From NCBI GenBank assembly GCA_951406725.2, contig OX597835.1, positions 30,008,001-30,072,000 of the forward strand: a stretch of DNA of 64,000 bases. The letters are read 5' to 3'. Shown here piece by piece: positions 1 to 13,019 of the stretch (its first letter is position 1; the number at the start of each line of letters is the position of its first letter). A program made the translations under genes and the position numbers. Source of the DNA: Octopus vulgaris (taxonomy: Eukaryota). The notes under the pieces were generated by a model. It worked only from the letters and a program-made list of their open reading frames with translations, had not been told where the DNA came from and did no database searches.

Positions 1-660
1 ATCGGGTAGAAACCATGATGGGGAAGCTGTGGTGTTTTAGCGAAACATCTGGACATTAAAGTTAGCAGTAATGGTGGTGGTGGTGGAGGCTGTGATGGTG
101 ATGTTGGTGGAGATGGTGGTGGTGGTGGTGGTGATGGTGATGGTAATTCTTTTGGATGGCGATGGTGGTTGAGGTGGTGGTTATGGTAGAGGTGGTGGTG
201 GTAATGGTGGCTTGGATGGTGATAAGGTGGTGGTCGTAATGGTGGTGGCGGCAGTCATGGCGGTCATAATAGTAGTGATGAAGGTGGTGGTGGTGGTGGT
301 GATTGTGTTAGTGATGGTGATGGCCGTCGTGGTGTTTATGATGGTAGAGAAGGTGGTGATGGTGATCGTGTTGCTGGTGGTGGTCATGGTGGTGATGATG
401 GTGGGGATGGTGGTGAAGGTGGTGGTGGTAGTATTGGCGTTTATGGTGCGGGTGAGGGTGATGATGTGAATGATAGTGGTGGTGGAGGTAATGGTAGTGG
501 TTGTCGTGGTAATGGTGATGATAATGGTGGTCGTTGCAGTGATGGTCATCGTCATCGTCGTCGTCGTTGTCGACATCACCATCATTGTGATATGCAAATC
601 AATGAATATATACACAATACTTTTGAAACGATATAAATTTAAGTACGTTTAATAAACATA

Positions 661-844
661 CCGCATTTACTCGTGTACATCGCGCACTCATGTATACGAC
701 GCACCCTTAATTTAGCCATCAAATCTTGATGCAAAATTCTTTTTCCTTCATAGTTTAAACTTAGCCCCAAGTTTACGGCGTACTCCAGTTTTATCAGTTG
801 CAATCAAGTGTAGATTAATGTGAATTATACACGAGTAAAAACAA
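661..844. mobile_element. Short non-autonomous Tc1/mariner/pogo-type DNA transposon (MITE), decayed
   Basis: Imperfect TIRs ccgcatttactcgtgta (661) and tacacgagtaaaaacaa (828-844), flanked by TA; no ORF. Confidence 0.55.
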
Positions 845-1053
845 TATATCGACACCGGTACTTATTGTATCGTCACTTTTGCCGAACCACGATGTAACGG
901 GGTCCTAATCACGCCAACTCCAGTTTGTAAAACAGTGGCGGAGGCTGACAAACACAGACACGCATACATAGATATATACATACATATATACATACATATA
1001 TACATACATATATACATACATATATACATACATATATGCATACATATCTACAT

Positions 1054-1084
<31 letters not shown>

Positions 1085-1097
1085 TACATATATATAT

Positions 1098-1496
1098 ACT
1101 CTTTTACTTGTTTCAGTCATTTGACTGCGGTCATGCTGGAGCACCGCCTTTAGTTGAGCAAATCGACCCCGGGACTTATTCTTTGTAAGCCCAGTACTTA
1201 TTCTATCGGTCTCTTTTGCCGAACCGCTAAGTGACGGGGACGTAAACACGTCAGCATCGGTTGTCAAGCAATGCTAGGGGGGACAAACACAGACACGCAA
1301 ACATATACACATATATAAATATATATATACATACGACAGGCTTCTTTCAGTTTCCGTCTACCAAATCCACTCACAAGGCTTTGGTCGGCCCGGGGCTATA
1401 GTAGAAGACACTTGCCCAAGGTGCTACGCAGTGGGACTGAACCCGGAACCATGTGGTTGGTAGACAGGCTACTTACCACACAGCCACTCCTGCGCC
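1098..1496 (-). mobile_element. tRNA-derived SINE, family A, full length
   Basis: Minus strand has a tRNA-like head (A-box ggctgtgtggtaag, B-box ggttcagtccc), a CORE-like ccttgggcaagtgtcttc, an internal microsatellite and the tail ggcggtgctccagcatgaccgcagtcaaatgactgaaac; colinear with 60760-61173. Confidence 0.85.
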
Positions 1497-1635
1497 TACA
1501 TATATATGTATATATGTGTATGTATATATCTATATATATAAATATATATATACACATATATATGCAAATGTATGCATATATGTATACATTTGCATATACA
1601 TATATGTACGTATGTATATATATATATATATACAT

Positions 1636-1670
<35 letters not shown>

Positions 1671-1748
1671 AACACAGATACACAATGCGTTAACATATAC
1701 ACACATTTCCTCTTTTGTTATTTGGTATGTGTATGTGCGCATGTCAGG

Positions 1749-1792
<44 letters not shown>

Positions 1793-1821
1793 CAGTGTAT
1801 ATGCATGTATACATATATACA

Positions 1822-1910
<89 letters not shown>

Positions 1911-2415
1911 CTATGTAAACGTATATATATATGTATGTACATGTATATATTTATATATATATATATAAATACACATATACAAATATATATGATTGTGCAC
2001 ACAGACTTCATACACAAATGTAATGAAGGACTGATAATTTGTCCAAGTGGTAAAAAGGGGGCGATTTAATAGGGACCAATAGAAAACTCTTTGTGCACGT
2101 ATTAGGGTCTCTTTATTGCTGCTGGAGACCTAAGCGATGGCAGTGGTCGTAGTATTGGTCGCAGTTGTAGTGGTAGCAGTAGGTCAGTGGTTGTGATAAT
2201 GTTGTAGTGGTGATAAGAAATTTAAGGAATTAACAAGGACTTCGGTAAATAAATATTAAAAGTAGGATAAATAGATTTCAACGTAGAAATCGATTGGTTG
2301 TTGGATTGCTGATTTGAATCCTTTTATGGAGGATTTCGGTGGTTGTGTGTTGTGAATTGGCAGCCATAGTCGAAATGGAGACGTTGTGTATATCGTCGTT
2401 GTCGTACGTGTATGG

Positions 2416-2465
<50 letters not shown>

Positions 2466-2472
<7 letters not shown>

Positions 2473-2712
2473 TCAAAATAAAAACATGATGCCAAGGATT
2501 CAGCGGTACATATGTTTCGGGCCTTTATTAGACGGATTTATAACAATGCATAATGCACATTATGCATTGTTATAAAACCGTCTAATAAAGGCCCGAAACA
2601 TATGTACCGCTGAATCCTTGGCATCATGTTTTTATTTTGATTAATATACTCTATCACCTACACCACTAAATGGTACATACAGATGCTTAAAATTATCAAG
2701 TATTCACCTTGA

Positions 2713-2716
<4 letters not shown>
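2466..2716 (+). mobile_element. Fold-back Penelope-type non-autonomous insertion in (TA)n
   Basis: ~90-bp near-perfect palindrome (2466-2555 / 2558-2647) plus ~70-nt unique tail; degenerate HHR-like ctaataaaggcccGAAAC-ATAT-GTA at 2582-2606. Confidence 0.65.
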
Positions 2717-2754
<38 letters not shown>

Positions 2755-2758
<4 letters not shown>

Positions 2759-2972
2759 TCAAGGTGAGTTTATGGATAAAAACAAAAGAGAAGACGGGTG
2801 GTGTACAAAGCAAACAGATGTATTAGTATAGCGCTCAGGAATAGAAAATGTCTTTTACCTTTCGAGCCTGCGCTCTTCTACAGAAAGGGGCACATAAAAC
2901 AAGGAGAGAAACAAGGAAAGAAAAAAAGGAGAGAAGAAAAATGTGTGTAGTGGCTAACGATCTATCATGGCG

Positions 2973-2976
<4 letters not shown>
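2755..2976 (-). mobile_element. Short HHR-bearing non-autonomous element (family H1) in (TA)n
   Basis: Minus strand reads cttt-CTGTAGA-A-GAGC-gcag-GCTC-GAAAGGTA-aaag (2852-2887); homologous to 37770-37945 and 59317-59591. Confidence 0.75.
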
Positions 2977-3043
<67 letters not shown>

Positions 3044-3130
3044 CGTGCGTGTGAGTGTGTGTATGTATGTGTGCGTGTATGTGTGTGTGTGTGTAGATAG
3101 ATAGATAGATAGATATGTAGATAGATAGAT

Positions 3131-3170
<40 letters not shown>

Positions 3171-3304
3171 GAAAGGAACTGAGAGCTTGGTACCGTAGCC
3201 TGCAGATAGCAAGCCCGCTACGCATGCAGGACTCCAGGAGCTCCAACAAAACCTGTGAAAAAGAGAAATAATAATAGTAATTATAATCTTTGATACTGTA
3301 GGCA

Positions 3305-3470
3305 AAAGGCCTGAAATTTTGGGGTAGGATAACTAGTCGATTACATGGACCTCAGTATTTCACTGGTACTTAAATTATCCACACAGAAAGAGTGAAAGGC
3401 AAAGTCAAACCCCAGGGGAATTTGAACTCAGAACGTAGCGACTGACGAAATGCCGCTTATCATTTTCCCT
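3305..3470 (-). mobile_element. SINE family B (Nin/Deu-domain-like), partial
   Basis: Reverse complement of gttctgagttcaaattcc...gactttgcctttca...aagtaccag, as in 61703-61940. Confidence 0.7.
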
Positions 3471-3474
3471 CAAT

Positions 3475-3539
<65 letters not shown>

Positions 3540-3597
3540 TTATGATGATGATGATGATGATGATGATGATAATAATGATAATGATTATGATAATAAA

Positions 3598-3660
<63 letters not shown>

Positions 3661-3712
3661 TATAATAATAATAATACTAACAACAAAAATATTTGTGTTT
3701 ATGGAGAAAAAG

Positions 3713-3769
<57 letters not shown>

Positions 3770-3982
3770 AGCTACTACTACTACTACTGCTGCTGCTGTA
3801 TACATACATACATATACATGCATATATATATATATATATAGACAAATAAATAATATGGAAGTGAAAGAGAATAAGACAGGTGTCATAATTAAGAAAGGAT
3901 TAGGACAATATCTTTTTGTATTACGCAATAGGGTTCAGATGTTCTTTTCTTGTCTCCGCAGTCTAGACATAATGAACCAACG

Positions 3983-4019
<37 letters not shown>

Positions 4020-5102
4020 TGTGCTTACGTATATTCATTAATATACACATATATGAAAGCAAAGGTGACATATTGATCACGTGGCTTTATCAATGATTTT
4101 TACCGACAAAAGCATGACAGGAAAATGGCGTTCGCCAGTGCTTGATGAAGGGCGAGCGGGTCGTAGATAAGAAAACAACGGCGTAATAAATGCGTGAGGA
4201 TGTGGATGTATATTTGTGTGTGTATGTGTGTGTTTTTGAGTGAGCGTGTGTGCGTGCGTGCGCGTGTGCATATGTGTGTGTGTGAGTGTACATGTGTGCA
4301 TGCGTGTGTGTGTGTGTTTGTGTGTGTGTTTGTGTGTGTATGGTTAGATAACGTGATTGAGTAACGGAAATTAAAAGGAAATGTGAAAAACAGAAGAGGG
4401 TAGAGATTGAGAGATTAAGGAGAGAGAGAGAGAGATGCAGTGACAGAAAGAGAACACAAGGAGGAGGAGGACATGGAAGTATAAATGTAGGGTGAGAGTG
4501 ACAAAAGAAAAAAAAGAGAGTGCGAGTGAGAGCAAAGTGCACGCGGGTGGTATGGAAGTCATGTTTTTTCCCTGTAATTAAGACAAGTAGCTGTGAATTG
4601 TTGACGAAACTGTTGTAGATAGAAGACGTGACATGATAAACATGATAGCAATCTATATTTGTGATTGTAATTGTTGACTTTTGCTCTTGTCGTTGTTGTT
4701 GTTGTTGTTGCTGTTCTTATTATTATCTCCGCTGTTGTTATCGTCTTCGATGTTGTTATTTCTTTGTTTTACTCGAGTTTTCACAAGTTTCATCCATAGA
4801 GCTCACGTAAAAGCGAGTTGGACGTTTTGCTATGGCTGTTTATTTATTATAACCAATGATAGATTGCGAGGAACGGAGACCAAATAACTAACAATTAAGA
4901 TTTCGTTATAAGTTCATTAATTAACGTTTCCGATTTTGAAAGAGTATTTCGTGAAAATAATAAAAGAACATTCCCAAGTAGCCAAATGTTTGTTTATTAT
5001 TATTTTTTCTTAGACTGACACAATTCATCCTCCTCAGAGCCAAAGGAAGATAATAAATGCATTTTACTAGAGATCTATGATTCTCCAACTTTATCAGGAA
5101 TA

Positions 5103-5161
<59 letters not shown>

Positions 5162-5189
5162 AATAAAAAAATAATATATATATATACAT

Positions 5190-5415
5190 ATTATTCTTTT
5201 ATTTCTTTCTTTATTTCAGTCATTTGACTGCGGCCATTCTGGAGCACCACATTTAGTCGAATAAATCGACCCCATGACTTATTCTTTGTAAGCCTAGTAC
5301 TTATTCTATCGGTCTCGGTTTCCCGAACCACTAGATGACGGGGACGTAAACACACAAACATCGGTGGTTGACAAGCGATGGTGGGAGAGGGAACACTGAC
5401 ATAAACAACAAACAC
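5190..5415 (-). mobile_element. SINE family A, 3' half
   Basis: Matches 1098-1300 (gacttattctttgtaagcctagtacttattctatcggtctc). Confidence 0.8.
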
Positions 5416-5442
5416 TTATATGCATACATGTACATATATATA

Positions 5443-5498
<56 letters not shown>

Positions 5499-5509
5499 TG
5501 TGTGTGTGT

Positions 5510-5770
5510 GGAGGCGCAGTGGTTAGGGTAGCGGACTTGCGGTCGTAGGATCGCGGTCTCGATTCCTAGACCGAGCGCTGTGAGTGTTTATTGAGGCTCC
5601 GGCAGGGGGTAGTGGCGATCCCTGCAGTACTACTTCGCCACAACTTTACTCACTCTCTCATCCTGTTGGCCAGCTCGCTTAGCCAGCGGGGTGGCGTTAT
5701 TTCAAGGCTAAAACAATGCGAAGCGCACTGTGATCAGCGATGTGTAGCAACATCTGATCACGGTGACGGT
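5510..5770 (+). mobile_element. tRNA-derived SINE, family C
   Basis: Head ggcgcagtggttagggtagcggact...tcgattcc; related heads at 38395-38685(-) and 62535-62750(-); tail shared with 33873-33990. Confidence 0.7.
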
Positions 5771-5929
5771 GATATATATGTGGAGAGAGAGAGAGAGAGA
5801 GAGAGAGAGCTACTCTTAATTATATTAGCACACGCGTACGTATTGAACACGTTCATAAATGCATTTTTACCAAACACATTTAATTCTCATAGTAATGTTC
5901 TGCTCTTTAAATACTTGTTTCAAATTTTG

Positions 5930-6145
5930 GCACAAGGCCAGCTATTTTTTTGGTGGTGGGTAGTGGGGGGCTAAGCCGATTACATCGACTACTGTGCAGC
6001 TCAGTTGGTACTTAACTTATCGATACCGAAAAAAATGAGGGGCAAAGTCGACCTCGACGAAATTTGAACTCAGGACTTTAGCGACGAGGGAAAATGCCGC
6101 GATGTAATTTGCCCCGGTGAGCTTAACAATTCTGCCAGCTCACCA
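5930..6145 (-). mobile_element. SINE family B
   Basis: ggcaaagtcgacctcgacgaaatttgaactcag...tctgccagctcacc is the reverse complement of the family B sequence. Confidence 0.75.
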
Positions 6146-6245
6146 CACATTCTCTTCTTTAAATATTGAGAGCGAAAATAAAAGACACCACCACCACCAC
6201 CTCCGCCTCCAGCACCACCTCCGCCTCTAGCACCACCAGCACCAC

Positions 6246-6297
<52 letters not shown>

Positions 6298-6643
6298 GTC
6301 ATCATCACCACCACTGTCATCTTCATCATCGAGATGTTCGCATCTGTCGGCGTGCCGCCGCCGCCGTCGTCGTGTTCGCCAGAGCCGTTGTCATCGTTAT
6401 CGTCATCGCATAAATCTATTTCATGTGTGCCAAAATAAAATATGAAAAATAATTGTGTCGGGGGTCAGTTATTAAAAATTTAGGTGAACGGTGGCGTGTC
6501 GGGTCGGTGAGTGTATAAAGTGGATCAGGTTTGAATTATGTGTCTCTATAATTGGATCTATACAAATAATAATGTGTACGGAGAGGGAAGCATATATAAA
6601 TATATATATATGTATATATAAATATATACATACACATACATAT

Positions 6644-6707
<64 letters not shown>

Positions 6708-7035
6708 GCATACACACACACAGACACACACACACATACATATATATATGTGTGTATATATACATGTATACATACATACATGCATGTGTATATATGTATG
6801 TATCTCTCTATCTCTTTTACTCTTTGAATGCGTGTATATATGTATATATGTATGTATGTATGTATATTATGTAGTGTATATTTATACATGCACAAAAGTA
6901 CACACATATATATGCACACACACTCACAGGCCCATACATATATATGTATATATATACACACACACAAACACACACATACGCGTGAAAATATATATATATA
7001 TGTGAGTGTGTCTGTGTATGAGTGTCTGCATGTAC

Positions 7036-7068
<33 letters not shown>

Positions 7069-7140
7069 GATAGATAGACAAATATATAGATAGATAAATA
7101 GTTTGTTTACTAGTTACGTAGGTATATAGATAGATAGATA

Positions 7141-7195
<55 letters not shown>

Positions 7196-7589
7196 TAAGC
7201 GTATTTATATAAACACATACATAGGCACGTTCAAGTTCACCCAATCAAACACTTTCGCATATATACATGCACCTACACACACACACACACACGCATGCAT
7301 AAAAACTATACGTATGTATATGTGTATATGTTTAGTGATATTTAAAAACAAATTCGAAAATTTTCACTTATATTGGATGAAATCAATGTATTTATGACAA
7401 ACAAACGCTAGACGTAAATTTTACTATTTTCCTACAACTCTAAGATTTATGCTATGCAAAGCATTCTTCAGATAGTTGCGATGCCATAAAATGTACATAT
7501 AACTTACTGGTTATATATGTACACAAACATACACACACACATGCACGCGTAAATGTGCGTCGTACATACATATAAATATACATATATAT

Positions 7590-7832
7590 ATGGTGGTTGC
7601 TTATTCCGTCTGCAGAGTTTGACCACTTCCTGTACCTACTACGCCTCAGATCCATCATGGCATCTCAGGTGGCTTTTTAAACCAGACAATGTATTGAAAA
7701 GACACCCACATAGATTGCACGTGCAATTTGGACCACCAACAGCTGCAATTGGGTTCTGATCTTTGTGGATCTTAAAATGTCTTCTGAGGCCTCCGTTAGA
7801 ATTGCAAACCTTCTGGCACACATCGCATTCAT
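7590..7832 (-). mobile_element. RTE-clade LINE 3' fragment (two C-terminal C2H2 zinc fingers plus 3'UTR)
   Basis: Translates YECDVCQKVCNSNGGLRRHFKIH...CTCNLCGCLFNTLSGLKSHLRCH*, then a short UTR running into microsatellite; typical of RTE/BovB-like C-termini; no evident splice context. Confidence 0.6.
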
Positions 7833-8141
7833 ATGTACGTACATACGTACATACATACGCACATACATAAATACATATATGCATACAGAGGCACACACAA
7901 ACACATACATACACACATACATACATATATGCGTACATGCATACACACATACATACAGATAGATAGACATACACACATGCACAGACATACATACATACAC
8001 TGATACATACATATATTCGCACGTACATATATATACACATAGACACATACATATATACGTACATATATATACACATACACACATACATTCATATATACAA
8101 GATTTTGTTACTTATATTTATATTATGTATGTATATATATA

Positions 8142-8213
<72 letters not shown>

Positions 8214-8216
<3 letters not shown>

Positions 8217-8562
8217 GGTGAATTGAAGAAATGGAGTTGAACGAAGATTGAACAGAAATCGTTTTATTGCATTCTACACGTGTTTCGAAAGGCACAATTT
8301 ACCAAATTCCGATTGAATTTGGTAAATTGTGCCTTTCGAAACACGTGTAGAATGCAATAAAACGATTTCTGTTCAATCTTCGTTCAACTCCATTTCTTCA
8401 ATTCACCAATAATATTAAAATTCAATTATCCGCACCAACGCACGGTTGCAACACCATATGGTTGTACCTCCAACCGTGCTGTCTTCTGCTGTGATTTTTG
8501 CTACCAAGGTATCGGTTAAACTTTTGATTAATCTGCAACAAGATTATTCATCTTTCTATTTC

Positions 8563-8566
<4 letters not shown>
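8214..8566 (+). mobile_element. Fold-back Penelope-type non-autonomous insertion in (TA)n
   Basis: Perfect 96-bp arms 8214-8309 / 8315-8410 with a 5-nt loop, plus ~155-nt tail; contains the HHR 3' half cGAAAC-ACGT-GTA followed by aataaa. Confidence 0.7.
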
Positions 8567-8645
<79 letters not shown>

Positions 8646-8652
8646 GTATATA

Positions 8653-8700
<48 letters not shown>

Positions 8701-8704
<4 letters not shown>

Positions 8705-8899
8705 TGCAGCGTGGAAGGTGTTTGTAAGCCATTTAAGAAACAAACAAAAGCCGTTCGATTCACTTCAACATTTAAGTTTAATTTGTCAAAATAATTTCGT
8801 CGCTAAAATCCGCGACCTGTTCACTGACAAAAATCCGTGCTGTTCGTTCCAGCACACGATCTCAGATCAAATCACTTGCTATGCAAGTACATCTCCGTA
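8701..8899 (-). mobile_element. Short element with a G3:C8-variant hammerhead, in (TA)n
   Basis: Minus 8782-8831: TTTGTCA-GTGAACA-G-GTCGC-ggatttta-GCGAC-GAAA-ttattt-TGACAAA. Confidence 0.65.
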
Positions 8900-8910
8900 A
8901 TATATATATA

Positions 8911-9125
8911 TTGGTAAAAACGGTAAGATTACAAAAGAAAGAAAGAGACCTCAATATTATGTAAATAGAAGAAATTTATCTGTAAAATAACATGTGACAA
9001 TTATTCAACAGCCAAGATAAAACTCTGAAACCGAAGAGATGGTGTTGTGGATTTTCACCTCGGCATCCGAAACTCAGAGTTTTATCTTGGCTATTGAATA
9101 ATTGTCGCATATTATTTTACAGATA
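8911..9125. mobile_element. Fold-back element in (TA)n
   Basis: 52-bp arms 8977-9028 / 9074-9125 (3 mismatches), 45-nt loop ending catccGAAAC, ~66-nt tail on the left. Confidence 0.6.
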
Positions 9126-9315
9126 TATATATATATATACGTTTAAATATTTGTTGTGCAAGATTTTTTATGTGAAGTCGTGTGTTGAAACAGATATTGT
9201 TATATTTCGGAATGGTCATATTGCCAGTTTAGCCAATAAAAACACACGCACTATATATTTGGTGTTATTTTGCTTCAGTGATATTTATTTTTTACATTAA
9301 TCTTAATCTTATTTC

Positions 9316-9360
9316 GGCCAAAGTTCTTTCGTCACACTCCTGTGACCGCATCAGTGGTCC
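9316..9360 (-). ncRNA. Minimal type-I hammerhead-like motif in the Penelope pLTR (left arm)
   Basis: Reverse complement of 12861-12905. Confidence 0.65.
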
Positions 9361-9885
9361 TTTGTTTTCTTCTCACTTACTTGTGTCTCTCCTTACTAAC
9401 CGTCAGCCATTTTGTATTTCTATTGTATGTCTTCATTTGCGCATGCTTATATCTCTATGTGCGTCTATGTTTATTTAGTGTGTGGGGGGGGATGCCTGTA
9501 ATATTTGTATCTTCTGGTTATATACATTCTTGTAATTTGTATTTTGTTTTTGTTGTTGTTGCTTTTGTTCTAATTTTATTCATGTGTTTACATCCACCCA
9601 TTATTATCATTACATATGCTTGTATGTATGTATAACAACAATATTAGTAATAATAATAATAAATCTAATCGAGAAAAAAAAAAAAAAAAAAAGAATATAC
9701 ATATACATATATATATATATACATACATATACATATACATATATATATATATATATATATACATATATACACACATATATACACATATACATATACATAT
9801 ATATACACATATACATATATATAGATATTCATTTCTATTTCTTTAATTACCTGTGTATTTATTATGTTTGCAGGATCCACTATTG

Positions 9886-11377
9886 TCATATGTTGTGGTG
9901 TGCGCTATTGCTCCATTCTAGTTTTCTATTCAGGCTAGGTTTATTTTCTATTATATGTGTAGCTTCTGTAATTTGTCTAATTGTTGCATCTGTTCTATGT
10001 GTGGACAATATCTTAATCTCTATGTTATTGATTGATCCCCCGTGTTCTTGTTCGGCGTGTTGGTACAGAATCGATGAGCTTTTACCTTCCTTGAGTTGTC
10101 TCCAATGTTCATTCACCCGCTCACCAATGCTTCTTGCAGTTTCCCCTACGTATGTTACTGTCTTGTTACTGCATCGTCCCTCTATACATCTTATACTATA
10201 GACCACATTTCTGGCTTTACAGTTCGTTTGTGGGCTAAATCTACATACAGTGCAATAGTTATCCGTACAGAGAGTTCTACTAAAAGGATAGGTTCTACCA
10301 ATTATAGATCTGATAGGGTTGCCTGGCTTTTCAACAACCTTAATTCTTAGTTTAAGTTTATCTAGGGTCCTTCTAAAGCGGTACGCTAGTTCACCTCCAG
10401 GGGTGGTGTCAACGAACATGACACTCTGGTATTTATGGCTATCATACCAAGAGTTGGCCTTCCTTATTTTCTTTTTTGTCCTTTCTATAGTGTTCCATGA
10501 CTTGTTCCTGTAGAGTGGGCAAATCCCATTCCTATCATTACATAATATATTATCAAAGTTCTTCATGGCTCCTTTGTATACTCTGATCCTTTCTTTATGG
10601 CTGTAACCTGAGAACTGCATGCGGTGAATGAAATACTGTATGTGTCTCTTTAATTCTGTAGGCTCGCACATGCGTGACACATTTCTCATTATTCTGACGA
10701 GGTCTGCCATCAAAATATTGAATTTGGCATTGCCCGCAATGGCTGAGTTCCGGTGGATCAGGTATTTTGAGGCCATAGGTTTTGCATAGTATGAATGAAG
10801 GATTTGGGTTTTATTTTTCACAATTTCTAGCCAGAGTTCAGTGTCTAGTACTGGTAGTCTATGGTTGGGGTGTTTAGTGGGGTAGTCTATTGTGACCTTA
10901 ATACTCTGGTGGATGGAGTTAGCTATTTGCTGGATGCTCTCCATAGTATTAGTTTCTATTACTATATCAACAGTACTTTCTTGTGGGGGTGCCTTTACTA
11001 CTATATTGATATCATCAACATAGCGAGAGTACATGTTTACGAGTATGGATTTCTGCAGTAGGCATTCTTTAAGCCTTCTGTCCCACCATACCATGAAGAG
11101 GTTGGCCACATCACCAGCGATACTAACACCGATGGCTGCCCCCTCGTCCTGGGCATATATTTTATTATTAAATTTAAATGTGTGGCCTTTTAGGGTAACT
11201 CTTATACTAGCTCCTAGTGCATGTGCGATCATTTTCTTTACCTGATGGACATTTGCGGGGCTCCGTATGGCTCTGGTCCATCCGCGCCATCTTTCTATAT
11301 GTGTCTTCCTAGCCATAGAAGTAATTGTAGGCGGTCTACCTCTTAAACATCTACTGGGGCAGAAACTACTAAGATTA
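9886..11377 (-). CDS. Penelope-like RT + GIY-YIG endonuclease polyprotein, C-terminal ~495 aa, 5'-truncated
   Basis: RT motifs [37 protein letters not shown]; Cys linker CTDNYCTVC...C; [14 protein letters not shown]...[16 protein letters not shown]...EATHI...PSLN. The first ~20 aa of the ORF-track call come from the inverted arm. Confidence 0.92.
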
Positions 11378-12331
11378 TGAACTCTGGCTAGAAATTGTGA
11401 AAAATAAAACCCAAATCCTTCATTCATACTATGCAAAACCTATGGCCTCAAAATACCTGATCCACCGGAACTCAGCCATTGCGGGCAATGCCAAATTCAA
11501 TATTTTGATGGCAGACCTCGTCAGAATAATGAGAAATGTGTCACGCATGTGCGAGCCTACAGAATTAAAGAGACACATACAGTATTTCATTCACCGCATG
11601 CAGTTCTCAGGTTACAGCCATAAAGAAAGGATCAGAGTATACAAAGGAGCCATGAAGAAATTTGATAATATATTATGTAATGATAGGAATGGGATTTGCC
11701 CACTCTACAGGAACAAGTCATGGAACACTATAGAAAGGACAAAAAGAAAATAAGGAAGGCCAACTCTTGGTATGATAGCCATAAATACCAGAGTGTCATG
11801 TTCGTTGACACCACCCCTGGAGGTGAACTAGCGTACCGCTTTAGAAGGACCCTAGATAAACTTAAACTAAGAATTAAGGTTGTTGAAAAGCCAGGCAACC
11901 CTATCAGATCTATAATTGGTAGAACCTATCCTTTTAGTAGAACTCTCTGTACGGATAACTATTGCACTGTATGTAGATTTAGCCCACAAACGAACTGTAA
12001 AGCCAGAAATGTGGTCTATAGTATAAGATGTATAGAGGGACGATGCAGTAACAAGACAGTAACATACGTAGGGGAAACTGCAAGAAGCATTGGTGAGCGG
12101 GTGAATGAACATTGGAGACAACTCAAGGAAGGTAAAAGCTCATCGATTCTGTACCAACACGCCGAACAAGAACACGGGGGATCAATCAATAACATAGAGA
12201 TTAAGATATTGTCCACACATAGAACAGATGCAACAATTAGACAAATTACAGAAGCTACACATATAATAGAAAATAAACCTAGCCTGAATAGAAAACTAGA
12301 ATGGAGCAATAGCGCACACCACAACATATGA
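11378..12331 (+). pseudogene. Inverted duplicate of the Penelope ORF 3' part, frameshifted
   Basis: Same protein as the 9886-10840 region, split into ORFs 11397-11753 and 11696-12331 by a 1-bp deletion in an A-run near 11741. Confidence 0.88.
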
Positions 12332-12860
12332 CAATAGTGGATCCTGCAAACATAATAAATACACAGGTAATTAAAGAAATAGAAATGAATATCTATATAT
12401 ATGTATATGTGTATATATATGTATATGTATATGTGTATATATGTGTGTATATATGTATATATATATATATATATATATGTATATGTATATGTATGTATAT
12501 ATATATATATGTATATGTATATTCTTTTTTTTTTTTTTTTTTTTTTTTTCTCGATTAGATTTATTATTATTATTACTAATATTGTTGTTATACATACATA
12601 CAAGCATATGTAATGATAATAATGGGTGGATGTAAACACATGAATAAAATTAGAACAAAAGCAACAACAACAAAAACAAAATACAAATTACAAGAATGTA
12701 TATAACCAGAAGATACAAATATTACAGGCATCCCCCCACACACTAAATAAACATAGACGCACATAGAGATATAAGCATGCGCAAATGAAGACATACAATA
12801 GAAATACAAAATGGCTGACGGTTAGTAAGGAGAGACACAAGTAAGTGAGAAGAAAACAAA

Positions 12861-12905
12861 GGACCACTGATGCGGTCACAGGAGTGTGACGAAAGAACTT
12901 TGGCC
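12861..12905 (+). ncRNA. Minimal type-I hammerhead-like motif in the Penelope pLTR (right arm)
   Basis: GGACCA-CTGATGC-G-GTCACA-ggag-TGTGAC-GAAA-G-aa-C-TT-TGGCC: stem I, stem II and a minimal stem III, with A9 replaced by C. Confidence 0.65.
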
Positions 12906-13019
12906 GAAATAAGATTAAGATTAATGTAAAAAATAAATATCACTGAAGCAAAATAACACCAAATATATAGTGCGTGTGTTTTTATTGACTAAACTGGCAA
13001 TATGACCATTCCGAAATAT

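Noticed and set aside
2019-2415. Possible solo LTR
   Set aside because: Only one TG/CA-type end is visible, with no TSD, PBS, PPT or second copy.
5510-5575. tRNA genes at SINE heads (also ~18010-18080, 38615-38680, 60765-60825)
   Set aside because: A and B boxes are present, but there is no complete cloverleaf or acceptor stem and each continues into a SINE body.
7639-8088. Possible host C2H2 zinc-finger gene exon
   Set aside because: There are no TGEKP linkers, it is fused to microsatellite and it ends like an RTE LINE, so it was annotated as a retroelement remnant.
11378-11436. Start codon and N-terminus [10 protein letters not shown] of the 516-aa ORF
   Set aside because: This stretch is the antisense of the inverted arm, not the true N-terminus.
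12328-12385. SECIS or selenocysteine read-through at the Penelope TGA stop
   Set aside because: No in-frame TGA lies within the conserved domains and no SECIS helix can be formed after the ATGA.
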